NCBI RefSeq assembly: GCF_004010195.1
Contig: NC_057757.1
Location: 6,216,306-6,236,305, forward strand
Source: Chiloscyllium plagiosum
Taxonomy: Eukaryota
Reading direction: 5' to 3'
DNA: 20,000 nucleotides
Position numbers and translations under genes: made by a program. Below are positions 11,884 through 20,000 of the stretch, in pieces; position 1 is the first letter of the stretch; the number at the start of each line of letters is the position of its first letter. The notes under the pieces were generated by a model. The model was not told the origin of the DNA. It did not search any database and was given only the letters and a program-made list of their open reading frames with translations.

Positions 11884-12845
11884 GTGAATGAAGTTTTTTT
11901 TCTGTTGATGGGACATGGGCATCTCTGCCTAGGCCACTGTTTATTCCTCCATCCTCAATTGTCTTTGCAAAGTACGGTGGTGAGTTGCCTTCTTGAATTG
12001 CTGCAGTCCACATGGCGTAGGTAGACCCACAGTGCAGTTAGGGAGGAATTTCCAGGATTTTGCCCCAGTGACTAAAGGAACAACAATACATTTCCAAGTT
12101 GGAGGGGAACTCGCAAGGGCTGGTGCTCTCATTGTATCTCCTGCCCTTGTCCTTCTAGATGATAAGGATTGAGAGTTTGGGTAAGTTGCTGCAGTGCACC
12201 TTACACACTGCATCAATGGCTGGGGAGTGAAAGGTGGATGTGGTGCCTATCAAGCGGGTTGTGTTGTCCTGGATGGTGATGAACTTCTTGAGTGTTGCTG
12301 GTCCTGCACTTCTCCAGGCAAGTGGGGAGTATTCCATCACACTCCTGACTTGTGCCTTGTAGATGATGGGCAGGCTTGGGGAGACCGGAGGGGACTTATT
12401 CAGTTATAACCACTGATTTGGTTCTGCTGTTCACAATGTCAAATAGCACGTCCTGGCTGATACTATCTAGTCCTATTAGGATCCTCAAAAGCTGATCAGT
12501 TTTTGTCACTTATCAGCCCAAGCCTGAATGTAGTCCAGATTTTGCTGTGTTTGAACATAAACTGCTTCCATTTCTGAAGTGTCATGAATGGTGTTGAATA
12601 TTGTGCAACCAGAAGCGAACATGCCCACCTCTGACTTTATGCTGGAGGGACAGTCATTGATGAAGCTTCTGAAGATTGCTGGGCCTGGGACACTTTCCTA
12701 AGGACCTTGGGCTCTTGTGGTGCAGTGGTAGTATCCCTACGTCTGAGTCAGGGGGTCCAGATTCAAGTCCCACCTACTCCAGAGGTGTCTAGTAGCATCG
12801 TTGAACAAATTGGGTAGAATGTATCTACCTCCAAGGAACTCCCGT
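11884..12845 (-). mobile_element. Old CR1/L2-group LINE 3' fragment (same family as 14455-16820)
   Basis: ORF 12155-12340 MEYSPLAWRSAGPATLKKFITIQD parallels ORF 16181 APTTLKKLNSIQD; extensive reverse-complement similarity to the + copy. Confidence 0.8.
12708..12827 (+). mobile_element. Short (~120 bp) tRNA-derived SINE-like element
   Basis: A box tggtgcagtgg, B box gattcaagtcc; flanked by degenerate direct repeats cctaaggacct / tccaaggaact. Confidence 0.75.
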
Positions 12846-13190
12846 GGTAAGAGTTCTACAGCTTCTAGAATCTGAGGTTTAAAAATCACCTACTGCCAAT
12901 GATAATCTCACCATCTAATCTATCATTTTGAGTGTTAATTTAAAATTCTCTTGCTCATTGGTTCTGGGTCCATCCAGGAAAGGCATGAGAAAACATGCAG
13001 TTAACTTTCACGTGTTTATGTTAAATGTCGGACTTGCCCAAAAATACTTGATTCATGAAACTTGTAAATGTACATTCAAAGCATTTTACAGGAAATGCAA
13101 TACAATTCAACTTCTCTCCATTCAGTATCTTGGGTGCATTGAAGAGAATTTGCAGTATTCAGTGCAGACTGATGCTCAGACCAGTGGTAC

Positions 13191-13364
13191 TTAGAGTCAT
13201 AGAGATGTACAGCATAGAAACAAACCCTTCAGTCCAACTCATCCCTGCCGATCAGATATCCTAAATTAATCTATTTCCATTTACCAGCATTTGGTTCATA
13301 TCCCTCTGAACCCTTCATTTTCGTGTACCCATCCAAATGCCTTTTAAGTGTTGTAATTGTACCT
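13191..13364 (-). mobile_element. CR1 LINE 3' end fragment
   Basis: tagagtcatagagatgtacagcatagaaaca... is the reverse complement of the CR1 3' terminus seen at ~6720-6750 and ~9690-9717. Confidence 0.9.
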
Positions 13365-14099
13365 TTTACCACTGGGACTCCTTTTCAAGGCCAGAGAATT
13401 GATCCGACCCCTCAGTGAGAACTTTCACACTCGGTCAAAGTTCACAATGGCCGTTGTTACCTCAGACCCTGAAATATCGGGTCACGACCTCACTGGGGGT
13501 CCTGAAGCCAACTTTGGGAAGCCCTGGCTCAAACTGTGGAGGTTGCTGGCGAGCGCCAATGACTTTGTCAACAGCGTAGTCACTTGGGTAATGTGTAAGG
13601 CACTGGATCAAACTGGGAGAGGGGGCGTCCTGCCGTAAAAGGGGTCCGGGTTCGAGATTTTTGGTTGCAAACTCTTGAGGCTGCAATGCGCTATGGGCAG
13701 CTCCGAATGAGTGCTCAGCTCCGAGACCACTTTAACTACTTTTTCCCAAACTGTGAGTGGGAACTAAATGACTCAACCTTAGGGCCTGGATCCTGCAGCA
13801 CCAACAATAGTAATCCTCGCATGTTTTTGAAAAGTGATCACTCCTCTCACAAGGCTTTGTGTTTCTCTCGCTGTGTTCTTCGAGATGTACTCCCCCAGCT
13901 ACCTACTCTTTCAGTTCTGTCCCACCCTCTCCCCCGTCCTGACAATTCTCATTGACGGATCATGCTTGAAATCAAGTCCTGGGAAAGACTTCGGAGCCCC
14001 TGGATTGGATCGAGAAGACGTATGATTGGTTTAAATGTATCCAGAGACACTATGCAAATCACACCTATTGTTTGGGGCTAGTAGGTTTGAAGGGATGGT

Positions 14100-14316
14100 T
14101 GAAACTTTATTGCTGGAACAGCACAGCAGGTCAGGCAGCATTCAGGGAACAGGAGATTCGACGTTTCGGGCACAGGCCCTTCTTCAGGTTCCTGAAGAAG
14201 GGCCTGTGTCCGAAACGTCGAATCTCCTGTTCCCTGGATGCTGCCTGACCTGCTGTGCTGTTCCAGCAATAAAGTTTCAACTTTGATCTCCAGCATCTGC
14301 AGACCTCACTTTCTCC
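14100..14316 (+). mobile_element. Young palindromic Penelope-like non-autonomous element with 13-bp TSD
   Basis: Arms 14099-14188 and 14191-14280 (90 bp, 2 mismatches, 2-nt loop), unpaired 3' tail to 14316; exact TSD TTGAAGGGATGGT at 14087-14099 and 14317-14329. Confidence 0.85.
14186..14225 (+). ncRNA. Minimal type I hammerhead ribozyme motif
   Basis: aggttc-CTGAAGA-A-gggc(ctgt)gtcc-GAAA-cGTC-gaatct: intact core, stem II, stem I aggttc/gaatct, loopless palindromic ACGT stem III; predicted cleavage after C14219. A mirror core lies on the minus strand. Confidence 0.7.
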
Positions 14317-14534
14317 TTGAAGGGATGGTATAAGTCTTATCAACATTAACTCTTTGGTGTCACTGTGGACAAATATATTAACTCACTGAGTTGGGTAGTA
14401 ATGAGTTTAAATGGTAAATGGAGATGCAAAGTTTTACTGCAGGTTGAAGTCATACCCAGCACGTAGGAATGTGGTTGTGGTTGTTGGAGGTCAGTCATCT
14501 CCGCTCCAGGACATCTCTGCAGGAGATCTTCAGG

Positions 14535-14769
14535 TAGAAATTTTCCTTACTATCCTATTCAGAGACGTTAAACACCCCTAGAATAAGTGGCACTTGAACC
14601 CAGGCCTCCTGGCTCAGAGATAGGGATAATACCAGTGTGTCACAAGTACTTGACTGCCTCAGGATAGTATTTCCTAATCAACCATTCCAGAGATTTTATT
14701 GCGCACCTCTGGAGCATGTGGGATTTGAACCCAGGCCGCTTGGCTCACTACCACTGTGCCTCAAGAACT
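14535..14769 (-). mobile_element. Tandem pair of the short tRNA-derived element (14535-14650, 14664-14769)
   Basis: Both units contain ttgaacccaggcc (B box, reverse complement) and match 12708-12827; separated and flanked by GGAGTTCCTCAGG-like 13-mers. Confidence 0.75.
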
Positions 14770-14813
14770 GGAGTTCATCAGGATCATGTCCTAGGCTCAA
14801 CTACATTCAGTTG

Positions 14814-15111
14814 AATAGAATAGAATCCTACAGTGTGGCCCAACAAGTCCACACTGACCCTACAAAGAGTATTCCACCCAAACCCATTCCCTATTAGTCT
14901 ACATTTACCTCTGACTAATACAGCTAACCTTGGATACTATGGACTATTTAGCATGGCCAATTCACCTAACCTGCACAACTTTGGACTATGGGAGGGAACC
15001 GGAGCACCGAAATGGGGAGATCTTCGCACGGACAGTTGCTGAGGCTAGAATCGAACCCAGGTCCCTGGTGCTGTGAGGCAGCAGTGCTAACTACTGAGCT
15101 ACCTTGCTGCC
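14814..15111 (-). mobile_element. HE1/V-SINE-type SINE
   Basis: A/B boxes on minus strand, central domain, (ATTCT)n tail; candidate TSD CAGTTG 14808-14813 and 15112-15117. Confidence 0.92.
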
Positions 15112-15249
15112 CAGTTGCTTCATCAATGACCTACCATCCATCATGAGGTCAGAAGTAGGAATGTTCTCTGTTAGCTGGGCAATGTTCAGTCCCATTCACA
15201 ACCCCTCAGATACAGAAGCAGTCCATGTCCCTATGCAGCAAGACCTGGA

Positions 15250-15622
15250 TTTTTGATTTTGATTTTATTGTCAAGTGTGTTCAGTACAAAAGTACAGGAG
15301 TACAGTGAAAAGTGAACAATGCCGCCACACAAGGTGCCATCTTAGGTACAAGTAGGGAGGTATAGAATCTTCAGAACAAGTTTGAAAGAAAGAACAAAGT
15401 TAAAAGTTAACCATTGCAGCAATCCTAGTGCAGTGACACCTTGTTAGTTTTAAGTAGAAAATAAACAAGTAAAGCTGAAAGTTTAAACAATTCTTAAGTT
15501 CTTAGCCACAGTGAAACTGCACAGACAGGACCCACCTAAAGACCGGAAGTCCACTCTGAGGCCACGCTGGGCCAAGAGACTGCCATACCTCACAGGCGGG
15601 TTGCCCCACCAGGTCTGTGCTT
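15250..15622 (-). mobile_element. Unclassified non-LTR-type repeat, 3' part
   Basis: Minus-strand AATAAA (15264-15269) then (ATCAAA)-like tail; shares gccatcttaggtaca (15336-15350) with 18226-18240; interrupts the LINE. Confidence 0.55.
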
Positions 15623-15632
15623 GACTACATTC

Positions 15633-15902
15633 CCGACTCAGGCGACTGACTGTGTGGAGTTTGCACGTTCTCCCCGTGTCTGCGTGGGTTTCCTCCGGGG
15701 GCTCCGGTTTCCTCCCACAGTCCAAAGATGTGCAGGTCAGGTGAATTGGCCATGCTAAATTGCCCGTAGTGTGTTAGGTAAAGGGGGAAATGTAGGGGTA
15801 TGGGTGGGTTACGCTTCGGTGGGTCGGTGTGGACTTGTTGGGCCGAAGGGCCTGTTTCCACACTGTAAGTAATCTAATCTAATCTAAGTAATCTAATCTA
15901 AT
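15633..15902 (+). mobile_element. 5'-truncated young HE1-type SINE
   Basis: Central domain plus CR1 tail with (TAATC)n repeats; exact 8-bp direct repeat CTACATTC at 15625-15632 and 15903-15910. Confidence 0.95.
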
Positions 15903-16597
15903 CTACATTCAAGCATGGGTTAGTTAGTGACGCGTAATATTTGCACCAGGCAATGACTATCTCAAACAAGAGAGAATCTAACCATTTCCCTATTGATGTT
16001 TATTGGCATTACTATCACTGAACCCCACTCCCGCCACCAACTAGCAACATCCTGGCATTTGCAAAGATGCTAGATCAGGCCAGCGTTCTGCACCTGCATA
16101 AGCAAGTCAAAAGCATGGAATTATGTGACAAGTAGTTCACCTCCTGACACCCCACTATTCACAAGGCACAAGCCAGGAATATGATGGAACGTTTGACGCT
16201 TGCCAGGAAGCCTGAAGCTCCAACAACGCTCAAGAAGCTCAACAGCATCCAGGACAAAACAGTCCCAACTCACTTGCAACCCATCCACATCTTAAACACC
16301 CACTCCCTCCACCACCGACATTCAGTGTGCATCGCCTACAAGAAGCACTACAATGACTCATCAAGGCTCCTCCGACCTTGGTGCTTTCCAACCCTCAATG
16401 TTTACTGCCTTGAAGGACAAGGGCTGCAGACATATCGAAACACCACCACTTGCAAGTTCCCCTCTCAGCCACACACTATCCTGACATCCCTTCAATGTCG
16501 CTGGGTCAAAGTCCCACAATTCCCTCCTCCCTAACTGCCCCATAACTGCAGTGCTTTAAGAAGGTAGCTCCCCAGCCCCTTCTCAAGATAAATGGGG

Positions 16598-16757
16598 ATG
16601 TGGATGTAGATGTAGGTTTGCTCACTGAGCTGGATATTTCATTTCCAGACGTTCCGTCACCCTACTAGGTAACATTTTCAGTGGGCCTCCGAGCGAAGCA
16701 CTGCTGGTAATCCCTGCTTTCTGTTTATATGTTTGGGTTTCTTTGGGTTGGGGATGT
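16598..16757 (-). mobile_element. Penelope-like 3' fragment with mutated hammerhead
   Basis: Minus strand ca-CTGAAAA-t-gttacc(tagtag)ggtgac-GGAA-cGTC-tg (16646-16683): stem II intact, two core substitutions; (ACATCY)n-like tail; interrupts the LINE 3'UTR. Confidence 0.6.
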
Positions 16758-17108
16758 AATTAGGGGTGGGCAAAAATGCTGCTCCAACCAGCGATACCCA
16801 CATCCCATGAAAGAATTTAAAATACTCTAAAAAAAAGACACAGACCATAAAAAAGTGAAACACAACTTCAAGTTCACTTCTAGGTTGATGCAGTTGTGTG
16901 AGACTTGTCTTAAACTTTGGTTGGACCAAATATTTTGAACAGGTCGGGTCTCCATTTTATAAGAAGAATTCAGCAGCAATGAAGGAGTTACTAAAGCAGA
17001 CTCACAAGGATTATAGTTAAACTGAGATCACAAGAAGCTGAACAGGGTCTTTCTTGAGTTATTTGCCTGAAGGCAGATTCAACCTACAGCTCACGTCCAG
17101 GTTCAGCA

Positions 17109-17436
17109 AGAACAGAATCCCTAAAGTGCAGATACAGGCCATTCAGCCCATTGAGTCTATATTGACACTCCAAAGAGCACCCCCAACCACACCTTATCCC
17201 CATATTTCCCATGGCAAATCCACCTAACCTGCACATCCCTGGACATTGTGGAATAATTTAGCACGGCTAACCCACCTAACATGCACATCTTTGGACTGTG
17301 GGAGAAAATCAGAACATCCACAGACTCAGGGAGAATATGCATACTCCACATGGACCATTATCTGATGCTGGAATTGAACCAAAGTGCCTGGTGCTGTGAG
17401 GCAGCAGTGCCAACCACTGAGCCACTGTGCTGCCCC
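17109..17436 (-). mobile_element. HE1/V-SINE-type SINE, diverged
   Basis: Minus strand begins ggggcagcacagtggctcagtggttggcactgctgcctcacagc; B box ggttcaattcc; CR1-like tail. Confidence 0.92.
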
Positions 17437-17485
17437 ATATGGAAATTGGGACTGTCCTTAGAATTAGAATTGGCTTTATTGTCCA

Positions 17486-18100
17486 TAAGACTTCGGAGTG
17501 GAAGCAAGGCCATTCGGTCCATCGAGTCCACTCCACCATTTACAGTAATCATGGCTGATGGACATTTCAATTCCACTTACTCGCCCTCTCACCGTAGCCC
17601 TTAATTCCTTGCAAGATCATGAATTTATCGATCTCTGCCTTGAAGATACCTAATTTCCCAGCCTCCACTGCACTCCGTGGCAATGAATTCCACAGGCCTA
17701 CTGCTGTCTGGCTGAAGGAATGTCTCCTCATCTCCGTTCTAAATTGACCCCCTCTAATTTTAAGGCTATGCTCACGGATCCTACTCTCCCTGCCCAACAG
17801 AAACAACTTCCCAGCGTCCACCCTTTCTAAGCCATGCGATATCTTGTAAGAGTGGTACTTAGAGTCATAGAGATGTACAGCATAGAAACAAAGGCTATGC
17901 TCACGGATCCTACTCTCCCTGCCCAACAGAAACAACTTCCCAGCGTCCACCCTTTCTAAGCCATGCGATATCTTGTAAGTTTCTAATAGATCTTCCCTTA
18001 ACCTTCTAAACTCTAATGAATACAATCCCAGGATCCTCAGCCAACATCATATGTTAGGTCTACCATTCCAGGGATCCATCTGTGCGAATCTCCGCTGACA
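17486..18100 (-). mobile_element. CR1 LINE 3' fragment with internal duplication
   Basis: ORF 17567-18025 YSLEFRRLREDLLETYK...RRHSFSQTAVGLWNSLP. Confidence 0.92.
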
Positions 18101-18108
18101 TGCAAAGA

Positions 18109-18163
18109 GACCCACAGCCTGTGGTTTACAAGACCAGTGCTCTAACTACTGAGCTATGGGACC
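18109..18163 (-). pseudogene. tRNA-Thr(TGT)-derived fragment, 3'-truncated
   Basis: Minus strand ggtcccatagctcagtagttagagcactggtctTGTaaaccacaggctgtgggtc: D arm gctc/gagc, anticodon TGT at 18128-18130; closely resembles vertebrate tRNA-Thr(UGU) as recalled; T arm and 3' acceptor strand missing. Confidence 0.8.
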
Positions 18164-18834
18164 TGTTTGACCACATTGCATTCAAATGAGTGCACCAAAA
18201 TGTTTGCAATATTGCTGCTTTTGGCGCCATCTTAGGTACAGGATACCTAGGTACAGAGACTTAAATATTCGTTACAGAATTGAAAGAATAATAAATGAAG
18301 TCCAGCATGGGAATACAAAGTTTTTAAAAATTACTCGAATTACCTCGAAAAGTCCAGCATAAGAATAAAAGGTTTTTAAAAAATGTACTCAAATTACACA
18401 TTTTCACCAAGTTCGTGCAAGCACCGAGCCTCCAGATCACACCGGGCTAAGTATCCAGGCCATGACAGGTTTCCAAAGCTCAAGGCCTCACTTCCAGTCT
18501 ACAAAGGCCTTATGTTCCCTCCACAACTCCCAGGCCTGGGACTCTCCTCCTCTCCACTGCCTCCGATCCAGGACTCACGTTCCCCCCCCCCCACCCCCAC
18601 CAACAGCAGCCTGGTCTCAGAATCGCCACTGGGACATGCCAGCGATGGTTGCCTGTCTGGGAGTCACCGCCTCCATTTCCTCCGGGTCATTTTAAGAAGT
18701 TAAACATTTGGGGAAAAGAAAACTGCAGAAAAAGAGAAGGGGACAAAAAATTAAAAGAACTGATAGAGCAGAGCATCTCCAGCTGGAGCTCCCTACTCTG
18801 CCGCCTCCACATTGTTTTAGTTCAAAGCAAGTGA

Positions 18835-19660
18835 GGGATAAAAATAAGGAGGTCTCACTACAAACATACAATGCTAAAAATCACACAACACCAGGTTATA
18901 GTCCAACATGTTTATTATATACAAGACAGTAGTTAGGCCACAGCTGGAATTCTGTGAACAGTTTTAGTCCTATTATCTAAGGAATGACATCCTGGCTTTG
19001 AAGTCTAGATTAGAGTGGTGCTAGAAAAGCACAGCAGGTCAGCCAGCATACGAGGAGCAGGAAAATCGACGTTTCGGGCAAATGTCCTTCATCAGGAATG
19101 GAGATTGCTCCATCAGGAATTGCTCCATTCCTGATGAAGGGCTTTTGCCCGAAACTTCGATTTTCCTGCTCCTCGGATGCTGCCTGACCTGCTGTGCTTT
19201 TCCAGCATCACTCTTATCTAGACTCTGCCTTCCAGCATCTGCAGTCCTCACTTTTGCCTCTCCTGGCATTGGAGGCAGTCCAGAGAAGGGTCACTAGACT
19301 GATCCTGGAAATGGAGGGACTGCCTTATCAGGAGAAATTGAGGCTGTACTCATTGGAGTTTAGATGAATGAGAGGCGACCTTATTAAAACATGTAATTTT
19401 CTTAGGGAATATGACAGGGTAGATGTGGAGACCTTTGGAAGAGTCTATGACCAGGGAGCATCATCTCTGAACAAGGGACTGTCCAGGAGGAGAAAGTGAG
19501 GTCCAGCAAAGGGACTGTCCAGTTAAGGATTTCTATCTCTCAGAAAGCAGTGAATTTGTGGAATTCTTCAATGCAGAGGGCAGTAGAGGTCTTTAGTTGG
19601 CTTGTGGGTGATCAGATCTCATCCAATGGAGGAGTGGTCAATGGGCTGAATGGCCTCAGA
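18835..19660 (+). mobile_element. Old CR1 LINE 3' fragment hosting three small insertions
   Basis: gttaggccacagctggaattctgtgaacag (VRPQLEFC), ctgtactcattggagtttagatgaatgagaggcgacctt, 3' end atgggctgaatggcct. Confidence 0.85.
19002..19260 (+). mobile_element. Palindromic Penelope-like element with hammerhead cores, related to 14100-14316
   Basis: Arms 19002-19103 and 19123-19224; + core CTGATGA-A-gggc(tttt)gccc-GAAA-cttc (19131-19158); tail ccagcatctgcagtcctcactttt; degenerate TSD tcctggctttgaag (18990-19003) / tcctggcattggag (19261-19274). Confidence 0.85.
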
Positions 19661-19675
19661 CTAAGGGCTGGTCTT

Positions 19676-20000
19676 ATAGGGGAGGCGGAGTTGAGAGAAG
19701 GGCGTGAATGACATTGAAGGGGCGGGGCCAACGCTCATGGGCGGGATTAGTCACTGCGGTGGGCGGGCAAAGGACGAAGTGGTTGGGACGCGCTGCCTGG
19801 GGGCGGCGTCAGGATGGAAGGGGCGGGGTCAGCGCGGGGCATAAGCTGCGAGGGGGCGAGACTGACGTAAAAGAGGGGGCGGGGCCAGAATCGAGGAGGG
19901 CGGGGCATAAACAGTGCGGGGCGCGCGGCTGACGTGGAGGGGGCGGGGCATAAGCGGCGAGGGTGCAAGACAGACGTGTGAGTGGGCGGGGCTAGCGGCG
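19676..20000. promoter_or_regulatory. CpG island edge with clustered Sp/KLF GC boxes and CRE-like sites; probable promoter
   Basis: Abrupt rise in GC and CpG; GGGCGGGG boxes near 19719, 19820, 19876, 19898, 19940, 19984; TGACGT at 19863 and 19930. Confidence 0.75.

Larger units (their letters stand above)
14455..16820 (+). mobile_element. Old CR1/L2-group LINE 3' fragment broken by several younger insertions
   Basis: Colinear LINE pieces at ~14455-14534, 14770-14813, 15112-15249, 15903-16600 and 16758-16820; remnants of GVPQGSVLG; 3' end cacatcccatgaaagaatttaaaa. Confidence 0.8.
17460..18812 (-). mobile_element. Unclassified repeat (same family as 15250-15622), split by the tRNA-CR1 insertion
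   Basis: Tail agaattagaattggctttattgtc (17460-17483) continues at ~18172 colinearly with the 15250 copy; internal ~52-bp tandem duplication 18298-18397; far boundary uncertain. Confidence 0.45.

Noticed and set aside
14035..14346. Near-identical ORFs on both strands (VETLLLEQHSRSGSIQG...)
   Set aside because: Mirror products of the DNA palindrome; no coding evidence. The same applies to ORFs at 19039-19297.
14522..14782. CRISPR-like repeat-spacer array
   Set aside because: Repeats are 13-bp degenerate target copies, the spacers are homologous SINE units, and the context is eukaryotic with no cas genes.
18109..18163. Functional tRNA-Thr gene
   Set aside because: Lacks T arm/B box and 3' acceptor strand. 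The SINE heads elsewhere are likewise not tRNA genes.

Overview
Repeat-rich vertebrate DNA, very probably from a cartilaginous fish (shark). This is inferred from five HE1/V-SINE-type tRNA-derived SINEs and abundant CR1 LINE fragments. No intact protein-coding gene can be supported: the ORF-track hits with recognisable content are decayed LINE reverse-transcriptase fragments, SINE/microsatellite read-throughs or mirror ORFs from palindromes. The window ends in a GC-box-rich CpG island (probable promoter) and may contain a terminal exon/3'UTR at about 6.8-7.5 kb. Main points of interest: (1) short, TSD-flanked, near-perfect palindromic elements carrying minimal hammerhead-ribozyme cores (Penelope-like), plus decayed relatives and a 22-nt ultra-truncated copy; (2) a ~110-120 bp tRNA-derived element sitting at the same GGAGTTCCTCAGG-like (GVPQG-coding) site in two separate copies of one LINE family, once as a target-separated tandem dimer, suggesting sequence-specific targeting; (3) a tRNA-Thr(UGU)-CR1 chimera; (4) an exact 89-bp duplication enclosing an exact 42-bp copy of sequence 4.67 kb upstream. 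Family names come from recall of consensus features, not database searches, and boundaries of old repeats are approximate.
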